32,000 nt of DNA from Erysipelothrix inopinata (GTDB taxonomy: Bacteria > Bacillota_I > Bacilli_A > Erysipelotrichales > Erysipelotrichaceae). The notes below the pieces were generated by a model. The model searched no databases, had not been told where the DNA came from, and saw only the letters and a list, made by a program, of their open reading frames with translations. This document shows positions 15,063 to 23,293 of this stretch, piece after piece; within the stretch, counting starts at the first letter, position 1, and each line of letters opens with the position of its first letter. Where the stretch lies: assembly GCF_014396165.1 (NCBI RefSeq), contig NZ_CP060715.1, positions 1,650,001 to 1,682,000 of the forward strand, in the 5' to 3' direction. The position numbers and the translations under genes are program-made.

Positions 15063-15076
15063 AGGTATTAATAGGT

Positions 15077-16267
15077 TTATTTAAGTAAATTTAAAATTGA
15101 ATGACCGTTTGCAGTAGGTTCAACCCCAAATGCATCAGTGATTGTAGCACCAAGATCTGCGAATGTGTGTGACTTAGGAAGCAATCCACTTCCCTCAAAT
15201 TGAGGTGAATAGAAGAGTACTGGAACCTCTTCTCGAGTATGATCTGTTCCTGTGTGGGTTGGGTCGTTACCGTGGTCAGCAGTAATGATTAAGAGGTCAC
15301 GTTCACCAATAAATGGTAAGAGTTCCCCTAATTGGCCATCAAATTCTTCAAGAGCATCACCATAACCTTGAGGATTACGACGGTGACCAAATAGTGCATC
15401 AAAATCAACGAGATTCACAAACAAGAAACCATTAAAGTCCATATCTTTTACAATACGAATTGTTTCTTCCATACCATGATGGTTTGATTTTGTACGGTAA
15501 GCATCTGTAATGCCTTCATTATCGAAGATATCAACAATTTTACCAACACTAATTACATCATAATTAGCTTCTTTAAGTGAGTCTAATGCAGTTTTTCCAA
15601 ATGGTTTTAAAGCGTAGTCATGGCGGTTAGGAGTACGTGTGAATTCTCCTTTACCAGGTCCTACGAATGGTCGTGCAATAACACGCCCTACTTTCCATTC
15701 ATCACGCATTGTAAGTTCACGTGCAATCTCACAGCAGCGATAGAGTTCTTCAAGACCAAATGTTTCTTCATGAGCAGCAATTTGTAATACAGAGTCAGCA
15801 GAAGTATAAACAATCATATCTCCTGTTTTCATATGTTCTTCACCAAGTTCATCAAGAATAACGGTTCCACTTGATGAGTAGTTACCGATGATACCATGTC
15901 CGGTACGAGCAGTTAGTTCATCAAGTAATTCTTTAGGGAATCCTGTCTCTGTAAAAGTAATGAATGGGTTTTGGATATTTAATCCCATCATTTCCCAGTG
16001 TCCTGTCATGGTATCTTTACCATTTGACGCTTCAATCATCTTAGTATAATAAGCAGCGGGATGATCTACTTTCTTAACACCTTTTATTTCATGGAGATTT
16101 CCAAGACCAAGTTTTTCCATATTTGGCATCTTTAAACCACCAACAAATTCAGCAATATGTCCGAGTGTATCGGTACCTAAATCGCCAAATTTTTCTGCAT
16201 CGTGTGCTGCGCCAGCACCGACAGAATCCATAACAATTGTAATGATACGATCAAATCTCTTCGTCAT
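15077..16267 (-). CDS. deoB: Phosphopentomutase
   Basis: The protein has [38 protein letters not shown] and ...[22 protein letters not shown]. The track ORF starts at 16321, but an AAGGAGGA SD precedes the ATG at 16267, which matches the normal DeoB N-terminus. Confidence 0.9.
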   Translation of the reverse strand: MTKRFDRIITIVMDSVGAGAAHDAEKFGDLGTDTLGHIAEFVGGLKMPNMEKLGLGNLHEIKGVKKVDHPAAYYTKMIEASNGKDTMTGHWEMMGLNIQNPFITFTETGFPKELLDELTARTGHGIIGNYSSSGTVILDELGEEHMKTGDMIVYTSADSVLQIAAHEETFGLEELYRCCEIARELTMRDEWKVGRVIARPFVGPGKGEFTRTPNRHDYALKPFGKTALDSLKEANYDVISVGKIVDIFDNEGITDAYRTKSNHHGMEETIRIVKDMDFNGFLFVNLVDFDALFGHRRNPQGYGDALEEFDGQLGELLPFIGERDLLIITADHGNDPTHTGTDHTREEVPVLFYSPQFEGSGLLPKSHTFADLGATITDAFGVEPTANGHSILNLLK

Positions 16268-17168
16268 CTTTTTGTCCTCCTTGATTCGAAAAGCCACCTT
16301 TAAGGTAAGCATCGTATTCACGTTTCATCGTATTTTGATGAACGTGGGTGTATATTTGGGTTGTTGCAATATCAGAATGTCCAAGTAATTCTTGAATGAT
16401 TCGTAAATCGACACCTTGCTCTAAAATGCCAGTCGCAAAAGAATGTCTTAGTGTATGAGCCGATATTGGCTCAAGGCCTGCATGTTTACAGCGACGCTTA
16501 ATCATTCCGTCAACATATTGACGTGTTAATCGTTTGCCCTTGCTATTGATAAATACATAAGGACTTTGTGCTGTTACCCATGAAGGTCTTACATTTTCAA
16601 TATAATCAAACAATGCATTTAAAGCATCGTCAGCAACTGGAATCATCCGTTCTTTTAGCCCTTTACCAATGATTCGAATCCATTTCTCTTCTCTATAAAT
16701 TTGATTAAAGGAAAGATCGACGCATTCACTTACTCTCAGACCACAGCGATAGAGCATCAGCAAGATAGTGTGATCATATAAGTCTTTGAAAGTTGTGATT
16801 GGAAACGAAAAAAGAGCTTGAATGGTTTCTTGGGATGCAACTTTGGGTAATCGGCTTCCCTGCCGTTTTAAAGATAAATACTGAGTTGGGTCCTGTGTTA
16901 CTTTCCCACTCTTAATTAAGAATTGATGAAATTGCCTGATACTTACGATTTTGCGTTGAATCGTAGCAAATTCATATTCTTCATTGAGAACACCAAGATA
17001 ATCTGTAATATTGTGATATGAAATATCTCTTAATTCAAAGATGTCTTGTTGTTCGATAAAGCTTAAATAGTGATTGATATCAGAATTATAAGCAGAAATT
17101 GTATGATCACTTCGTGGGTCAACAAAACGCATAAAATGCATAAATTCTTGTCTTTCTAATTCGTACAT
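16251..17168 (-). CDS. xerD: Tyrosine site-specific recombinase, XerD-like
   Basis: Catalytic motifs [21 protein letters not shown] and [16 protein letters not shown] are present. The xerD-deoB adjacency is the arrangement I recall from Bacillus subtilis (ripX-drm). The start could be 17180 or 17168; I chose the MYELERQEF start. Confidence 0.7.
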   Translation of the reverse strand: MYELERQEFMHFMRFVDPRSDHTISAYNSDINHYLSFIEQQDIFELRDISYHNITDYLGVLNEEYEFATIQRKIVSIRQFHQFLIKSGKVTQDPTQYLSLKRQGSRLPKVASQETIQALFSFPITTFKDLYDHTILLMLYRCGLRVSECVDLSFNQIYREEKWIRIIGKGLKERMIPVADDALNALFDYIENVRPSWVTAQSPYVFINSKGKRLTRQYVDGMIKRRCKHAGLEPISAHTLRHSFATGILEQGVDLRIIQELLGHSDIATTQIYTHVHQNTMKREYDAYLKGGFSNQGGQKDDEEI

Positions 17169-17231
17169 AACTATCACCACTCATATTATACAACGAAACA
17201 AATAAATATTAAATACAGTGACTTATAATGA

Positions 17232-17272
17232 CTAACAAAAGAAACAAAGCCTCATCTAAGAGACTTTGTTTA
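17232..17272 (-). terminator. Rho-independent terminator at the end of the pur operon
   Basis: The minus strand reads AAACAAAGTCTCttagatGAGGCTTTGTTTC followed by ttttgtt. The stem is about 12 bp with one mismatch, and it begins 6 nt after the purD stop. Confidence 0.7.
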
Positions 17273-17277
17273 ATTAT

Positions 17278-18507
17278 TTATATAAGGCCAATATCTTTGC
17301 GATACTGTTTATCTTCAAATTGTAATGAATCTATTCTTTGATTTAGTTTTTGATTCATAGTTTTAAGATTATCACCAAGTTCAATGAACGATAGAACGCG
17401 TCCGCCATTGGATACTAATTGATTATTTACTCTAGAAGAACCATTATGAAAGATTAGTTCTGAATCATCGATATCTATAGAAATTCCTTTACGATATTGT
17501 TCTGGGTAACCCAAAGCAGTTACTACCGTCGTCATACATGATAAATCAGACCATTTTAAATCTTCAGATTGTAAAGTATCGTTCTCGATTTTTTTGATAA
17601 TGTCTACGAGATCTGTTTCAAGGCGTGGAAGTAATACCTCTGTTTCAGGATCTCCAAAACGAACATTAAATTCCAACACATATACCATATCGTTGACGAT
17701 CATCAATCCAATGAAAAGGATTCCATTATATTTATAACCATCAACTGACAATCCATTTTCTATCTTATTCAGAATAGTGAAAATTTGTTCTTCAATTGTC
17801 TTATCAAGTTGTGGACCAGGAGAATAACATCCCACACCACCTGTATTTGGTCCGAGATCACCCTCGTAAAGTTTTTTGTAATCACGTGCTGTTTGCATTG
17901 GAACACATCGGTTGTTTGCGACAAAGCACAATAATGATGTCTCATAGCCATCCAGGTAAGTTTCAATCAAAACACGGCGACCTTCTTCTCCAAATTTACT
18001 TTTAATAAAGAAATCTCTTAAAGTAGTTTCCGCCATGACAAAGTCATCGCAAATAACGACACCCTTACCCAGACATAGACCATCGGCTTTGATAACAACA
18101 GGATAACTGAAACTATTTAACGTAGATATCGCATCATCATATGAAGTAACTGTAACAGAGTGTGCAGTTGGGATTTGATGTTTTAACATAAACTGTTTGG
18201 ATACATCTTTGCTTTTCTCAAGATTAGCACATTTCATATTAGGTCCAAAGATGCGTAAATCATGCTGTTCAAAGAGATCCACAATTCCCATACACAGAGG
18301 TTCTTCGGGTCCAACCACTGTAAGATCAATGCGATGATTAAGAGCAAATGTTAACAGTCCTTCAAGATCGTTGGCCGCAATGGGGACATTTTCATAGGTT
18401 CCCCCATTTCCGGGACTAACATAAATTTTAGATACATGAGGTGATTGGTTAAATTTCCATGCTAATGCATGTTCGCGGCCACCACTACCAATAATAAGAA
18501 TCTTCAT
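17278..18507 (-). CDS. purD: Phosphoribosylamine-glycine ligase
   Basis: The N-terminus MKILIIGSGGREHALAWKFNQSPHVSKIYVSPGNGGT is followed by an ATP-grasp body. The gene sits in the pur operon. Confidence 0.92.
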   Translation of the reverse strand: MKILIIGSGGREHALAWKFNQSPHVSKIYVSPGNGGTYENVPIAANDLEGLLTFALNHRIDLTVVGPEEPLCMGIVDLFEQHDLRIFGPNMKCANLEKSKDVSKQFMLKHQIPTAHSVTVTSYDDAISTLNSFSYPVVIKADGLCLGKGVVICDDFVMAETTLRDFFIKSKFGEEGRRVLIETYLDGYETSLLCFVANNRCVPMQTARDYKKLYEGDLGPNTGGVGCYSPGPQLDKTIEEQIFTILNKIENGLSVDGYKYNGILFIGLMIVNDMVYVLEFNVRFGDPETEVLLPRLETDLVDIIKKIENDTLQSEDLKWSDLSCMTTVVTALGYPEQYRKGISIDIDDSELIFHNGSSRVNNQLVSNGGRVLSFIELGDNLKTMNQKLNQRIDSLQFEDKQYRKDIGLI

Positions 18508-18508
18508 A

Positions 18509-20023
18509 CTAGTGTTTAAAGTGACGTGTTCCAGTGAAAACTAACGCCATATTGTACGAGTCAGCTAATGCAATTACTTTTGGATCTTTAATAGACCCTC
18601 CAGGTTGAATTATTGCGGTAATTCCTGCTTTATAGCACCGCTCAATCGTATCTTCAAAGAAGAACCCATCAGACGCCATTACACTACCCTTTACATCAAA
18701 ATGCGATCTATCAATTGCTTTCTCACAGGCCCAGTATCTTTGAACCTCACCTTGTCCGATACCCAGCGTCTTACCATTATTAGTAACGACAATGGCATTT
18801 GAATCACAGGCCCTTACCGCTTTCCAAGCAAAGTCTAGGTCATGTAGTTCATCATCTGTAGGTTTTCTTTTTGAGACAACTTTAAATAGACTATCACTAT
18901 CATCTTGATTATCACGTTCTTGGACTAAAATTCCGTTTAAGACATCTTTAGTAGAAAAAGAAGGTTCCGTGAATGTAAGGAGATTTTCACATTCCAATAA
19001 GCGAATATTTTTCTTTTGTGTTAGAAGATCCAATGCTTCTTGCGTGTAGGAAGGTGCTAGGATGACTTCTAAAAATATTTCCGAAAGATGAACAGCAGTA
19101 TTTAAATCAACAGGTCTATTTAATGCGATGATGCCTCCGAAAATAGATTCAGGATCACAAGACTTCGCTTCAACGAATGCTTCTTCAATGTTTGTGGCTT
19201 GTGCAATGGCACAAGGATTAGCATGTTTCACGGCAACAACAGTTGGTTCTTGGAACAAACGTAACGAGCGTACCGCACCTGATAAATCATTAATGTTGTT
19301 GTAGGAAAGCTCCTTACCATGGAGTTGTGTATAGTTAAATGCTTTCTTTTCACCTTGAAGCGCATAATATGAAGCATTTTGGTGAGGGTTTTCACCATAA
19401 CGAAGGGATTCTATTTTATCATAGGGTAATACAAGTGTATCGGGATTCGATATTCCCAGATATTTATTGAAATATTGTGCAATGATCGCATCGTATCGTG
19501 CAGTATGACTGAAAGCCTTTCTTGCTAATTCAAGCCGATAGCTCGTGTCTGTATCGTTAATGTGCTCAATAACCGTAGGATAATCTTGGTTATCACATAC
19601 AACGAACGTAAACGGATAATTCTTTGCAGCACTTCGAATCATTGAAGATCCCCCAATATCAATGTTTTCAACGATAACCTCATGAGGAGCACCTTCTAAC
19701 ATTTTCTCTTCAAAAGGATAAAGATTGCAGACCACCATATCAATATTAGCGATTCCTTGTTTCTCAAGACTTGCTGAGTGCTCAGGGGTTCGTTTCGATA
19801 AGATGCCTCCGTGAATGTTTGGATGAAGTGTTTTAACCCTCCCATCCAACATTTCTGGAAAATCAGTGATTTGTGAAACTTCAATAACGGTTAAACCTTG
19901 ATCCACAAGATATGAGTAGGTACCTCCTGTTGAGATGATTTCCCATCCCAATTCAAGAAGTTGATGACAAAACTCATAAACCCCTTCCTTATTGCTTACT
20001 GACACCAATGCTCTACGCTTCAT
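18509..20023 (-). CDS. purH: Bifunctional AICAR formyltransferase / IMP cyclohydrolase
   Basis: The protein has MKRRALVSVSNKEGV...ISTGGT...LDGRVKTLHPNIHGGIL and a C-terminal FTGTRHFKH. Confidence 0.93.
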   Translation of the reverse strand: MKRRALVSVSNKEGVYEFCHQLLELGWEIISTGGTYSYLVDQGLTVIEVSQITDFPEMLDGRVKTLHPNIHGGILSKRTPEHSASLEKQGIANIDMVVCNLYPFEEKMLEGAPHEVIVENIDIGGSSMIRSAAKNYPFTFVVCDNQDYPTVIEHINDTDTSYRLELARKAFSHTARYDAIIAQYFNKYLGISNPDTLVLPYDKIESLRYGENPHQNASYYALQGEKKAFNYTQLHGKELSYNNINDLSGAVRSLRLFQEPTVVAVKHANPCAIAQATNIEEAFVEAKSCDPESIFGGIIALNRPVDLNTAVHLSEIFLEVILAPSYTQEALDLLTQKKNIRLLECENLLTFTEPSFSTKDVLNGILVQERDNQDDSDSLFKVVSKRKPTDDELHDLDFAWKAVRACDSNAIVVTNNGKTLGIGQGEVQRYWACEKAIDRSHFDVKGSVMASDGFFFEDTIERCYKAGITAIIQPGGSIKDPKVIALADSYNMALVFTGTRHFKH

Positions 20024-20630
20024 GTTGCCCTCCTATTAGTACATGACGTCCATCGACTTTTAAACAATGATTACAGAAATAGACTACAGTTTTTACAATC
20101 AAAGCATGTTCAATTTCAAGAACACGATTGGTTAGTGATGTTACTGTATCTTCAGAATTAATTGCAACAATCTCTTGAAAAATAATAGGACCTTCGTCCG
20201 CTTGCTCTGAAACGAAGTGGGTCGTTACTCCTGTGTACCGAACACCATAGTCAAGTGCCACTTGCGCGACCTTTGCCCCGTAATACCCTTTTCCGCAAAA
20301 ACTGGGAATTAGTGAAGGATGAATGTTAATGATTTTGTTTTGATATTGTTTAACAATCTGCTGCGGAACTATTTTAAGATAACCTGCTAATATGATACCG
20401 TCCGGTTGTACTTCATCAAGTTTCTTATTGAGAAATTCATCATAATTATGTTTGTCAGGAACGAATGTTTCGATTCCCTGTTTCTGAGCTCGTACAAGTC
20501 CGTATGCATTGGCATTATTAGAAACGACCAATACGATATCACCACAATATGCGTCACTATCCAGTAAAGCCTGAAGATTGCTTCCATTTCCAGAAATCAT
20601 GACCACGAGTTTATGTCTTATTTTAGACAT
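20013..20630 (-). CDS. purN: Phosphoribosylglycinamide formyltransferase
   Basis: The protein has VVMISGNGSNLQALLD, INIHPSLIPSFCG and THFVSEQADEGPII. Confidence 0.9.
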   Translation of the reverse strand: MSKIRHKLVVMISGNGSNLQALLDSDAYCGDIVLVVSNNANAYGLVRAQKQGIETFVPDKHNYDEFLNKKLDEVQPDGIILAGYLKIVPQQIVKQYQNKIINIHPSLIPSFCGKGYYGAKVAQVALDYGVRYTGVTTHFVSEQADEGPIIFQEIVAINSEDTVTSLTNRVLEIEHALIVKTVVYFCNHCLKVDGRHVLIGGQHEA

Positions 20631-21628
20631 ATGTTGCCATTTCCATCTTCAATTGTTCCTAAAATAAAGGCGGAATTCCCTAGTAATTCAAGTGTTTTAT
20701 CGGTATCTTCTTCAGCAATAACAACGACGAATCCGACTCCCATATTGAAGGTGTTGTACATTTCTTCGATATTGATATTTCCGTAATTTTGAAGAAAACT
20801 GAAAATTTCCTGATGTGGAATATTTTTTGTTTGTACACGTGCAGATACATTACGAGGTAAAATTCGTGGTAAGTTTTCATAGAGACCCCCTCCGGTAATA
20901 TGGGCCATTCCTTTAATCGAAACATGATCTCGAAGATTTAAAATTTCTGATACATAAATACGAGTTGGTTCCAACAATACTTGACCTAGAGTTTTCTCAC
21001 TTTTACCAAATTTTTGATTTAAGCTAAGATCTGAAACGATTGCTCTAACAAGCGAAAAACCATTACTATGGATTCCTGAACTTTCGATTCCTATAAGAAC
21101 ATCCCCTTTTGAAATATCATTTCCTGTAATAATATCTTCTTTATTAACGATTCCTACGGCAAATCCTGCAAGATCATATTCAGAGCCATGATAGACTCCC
21201 GGCATCTCTGCAGTTTCACCACCGATTAAGGCCATGTTTGCCACTTGACACCCCTTCGCAACTCCTTCAACGACTGCGACAGAGATATCTGGATCCAGAG
21301 AACCTGTTGCAAGGTAATCCAAGAAAAATAAGGGTTTTGCTCCCTGACATAGAATATCATTAACACACATTGCGACACAGTCAATGCCAATACTGTCATG
21401 AATTCCCATTTCATAAGCCAATTTCACTTTTGTTCCTACTCCATCAGTACCCGATACCAAAACAGGATGCACTCCTTCATGACAATCCAACTCATAGAGT
21501 CCGGAAAATCCACCAAGATGGGAGAGAACATTAACACTATGAGTCTTATTAACCGCTTCTTTAATTCTCTCTACATGATGATAGCCTGTTTCTTTATTTA
21601 CACCCGCATCACTATATGTCTTTACCAT
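20618..21628 (-). CDS. purM: Phosphoribosylformylglycinamidine cyclo-ligase (AIR synthetase)
   Basis: The protein has MVKTYSDAGVNKETG...LVSGTDGVGTKVKLA. The track ORF starts at 21664, but a GGAGG SD precedes the ATG at 21628. Confidence 0.9.
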   Translation of the reverse strand: MVKTYSDAGVNKETGYHHVERIKEAVNKTHSVNVLSHLGGFSGLYELDCHEGVHPVLVSGTDGVGTKVKLAYEMGIHDSIGIDCVAMCVNDILCQGAKPLFFLDYLATGSLDPDISVAVVEGVAKGCQVANMALIGGETAEMPGVYHGSEYDLAGFAVGIVNKEDIITGNDISKGDVLIGIESSGIHSNGFSLVRAIVSDLSLNQKFGKSEKTLGQVLLEPTRIYVSEILNLRDHVSIKGMAHITGGGLYENLPRILPRNVSARVQTKNIPHQEIFSFLQNYGNINIEEMYNTFNMGVGFVVVIAEEDTDKTLELLGNSAFILGTIEDGNGNICLK

Positions 21629-22814
21629 AATAACCTCCATCTTCCGCAATTGATTTGCCATCAAAGTATTCTGTATAGAAATGCGGTTGATGACAACTTG
21701 ATATTAATTTTTCTAAACTTAAAAATTTAATGGAATCGCATCCTAGTTCATGGATAAGATCTTCTTCGGTCTTTCCGTGACACATTAAGTTCTTAGGATT
21801 TGGAATATCAATACTTAAATTATCTGCAAATAAGACGGGTGGTGATGAAACACGAATATGTACTTCGGATGCTCCGGCCTCTTTTAATAGTTTCACAATA
21901 TGTTTGATCGTGGTTCCCCTTACAATTGAATCGTCTACTAAAACAACCGACTTTCCTTTTACCAGCCGACTGACAACTGATATTTTGATTTGAACGTGAT
22001 TGTTTCGTTCTGAAGGATTAGCATTGATGAAAGTGCGGTTTACATATCGATTTTTTACCAGTGCTTTTTGATACGGAATCTGTGTCTCTTCTGAATAACC
22101 GAGCGCTGCTATCATCCCAGAGTCAGGTGACCCAACAACGATATCAGCGTTTACAGGATGTTCTTTCGCAAGTTCATGTCCCATTTGTTGTCGACATTGG
22201 TAGACAAGTTGACCATCAATGGTGGAATCAGGACGTGCAATATAAACCATCTCGAATAAACACAAATGCGGTTGATGGTGTTTTGATGATTGCAGACTCT
22301 TGAGTCCGTTTTCATCAATAACTATGGTTTCACCAGGCATGATATCACGAAGAACACTTCCACCTAAGCTTTCGATCGCGCAAGACTCAGATGCAACAAT
22401 CCAAGTTTTTTTAATTCTTCCTAAGACAAGTGGTTTGATTCCCATTAAATCACGACTGCATATCATACTTGAAGGACTGATTTTAATTTGTGCTTGTGCA
22501 TAATCCCCATCAAGACGTGACTTGCCATCTTCAATGATTAATGAATTATCAACACGAATTGGCATCATGGGTTCCTTTTTCTTTTGATTTGTAAAAGCAT
22601 ACCGTGTCATAGCACATGCGACAGATGCATGAATATCAACCGGATTCATAGTGTCGATCGTACTTGAATGATGAAAGATAACTTCTGTCTCATCTAACCA
22701 CAGTCCAATTCCAATCCCATCTTGTCCTCGATGTTGCAAACCGTATATGCCTTTAATGAGTGTTGGGATCACATCTTCGTTTTGAAACGAAATACATCCA
22801 ATTAAGCCACTCAT
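21612..22814 (-). CDS. purF: Amidophosphoribosyltransferase, atypically short (400 aa), with a divergent N-terminal glutaminase domain
   Basis: The PRTase domain is intact (PDSGMIAALGYSEETQIPY, NRYVNRTFI, VVLVDDSIVRGTT). The N-terminal domain has LQHRGQDGIGI but unusual nucleophile and oxyanion regions (see findings). Confidence 0.85.
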   Translation of the reverse strand: MSGLIGCISFQNEDVIPTLIKGIYGLQHRGQDGIGIGLWLDETEVIFHHSSTIDTMNPVDIHASVACAMTRYAFTNQKKKEPMMPIRVDNSLIIEDGKSRLDGDYAQAQIKISPSSMICSRDLMGIKPLVLGRIKKTWIVASESCAIESLGGSVLRDIMPGETIVIDENGLKSLQSSKHHQPHLCLFEMVYIARPDSTIDGQLVYQCRQQMGHELAKEHPVNADIVVGSPDSGMIAALGYSEETQIPYQKALVKNRYVNRTFINANPSERNNHVQIKISVVSRLVKGKSVVLVDDSIVRGTTIKHIVKLLKEAGASEVHIRVSSPPVLFADNLSIDIPNPKNLMCHGKTEEDLIHELGCDSIKFLSLEKLISSCHQPHFYTEYFDGKSIAEDGGYYGKDI

Positions 22815-23291
22815 CTAAAAATCCAATGCCTTGTTCATATCCAGAACGTGTTCTCTCATTGATTCTTTATGCTGTATCAGTGATTCCTTTAACTGTGGAT
22901 CACGAATAGATAACATTTGAATTGCAAGATAAGCAGCATTTGCAGAGCCATTGATTGCGACAGTAGCAACAGGGACTCCTTGTGGCATTTGTACGGTTGA
23001 AAGCAACGCGTCCATTCCATCTAAAGCGGTGGATTTCACAGGAACACCAATTACTGGCTGAATGTTGATTCCGGCGATTACTCCTGCAAGGTGCGCAGCT
23101 TTTCCAGCAAAGGCTATGTAGACATCTGTGCATTCTTTCTCTTGTTCGCAATATGCTTGAAGATCGAAGAGTGCACGATGTGCTGAGATGACTTTAACTT
23201 CATAATTAATATTAAAATTCTTGAGTACGTTAATACAATCTTTAACACATTCTTTGTCACTAATACTTCCCATTATTACAGATACTTTCAT
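22815..23291 (-). CDS. purE: PurE (N5-CAIR mutase-like, class I-like motifs)
   Basis: The protein has VSVIMGSISD, VISAHR, AFAGKAAHLAGVIAG and GVPV. It is 158 aa. Confidence 0.88.
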   Translation of the reverse strand: MKVSVIMGSISDKECVKDCINVLKNFNINYEVKVISAHRALFDLQAYCEQEKECTDVYIAFAGKAAHLAGVIAGINIQPVIGVPVKSTALDGMDALLSTVQMPQGVPVATVAINGSANAAYLAIQMLSIRDPQLKESLIQHKESMREHVLDMNKALDF

Positions 23292-23293
23292 GA

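Noticed and set aside
15077-16321. Longer N-terminal extensions offered by the ORF track: deoB from 16321, purM from 21664, carrier 2 from 7063, the small membrane protein from 15002, and maa from 3555.
   Set aside because: In each case a downstream ATG is preceded by a good Shine-Dalgarno sequence at proper spacing and yields the canonical family N-terminus. The extensions overlap upstream genes or lack an SD.
16251-17180. The tyrosine recombinase as a possible integrase marking the dlt-like cluster as a mobile island.
   Set aside because: It is XerD-like in length and motifs. It overlaps and is co-oriented with deoB, as in the housekeeping ripX-drm arrangement. A strong terminator and the small ORF separate it from the cluster. 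I saw no flanking direct repeats, tRNA gene, excisionase or other mobility genes.
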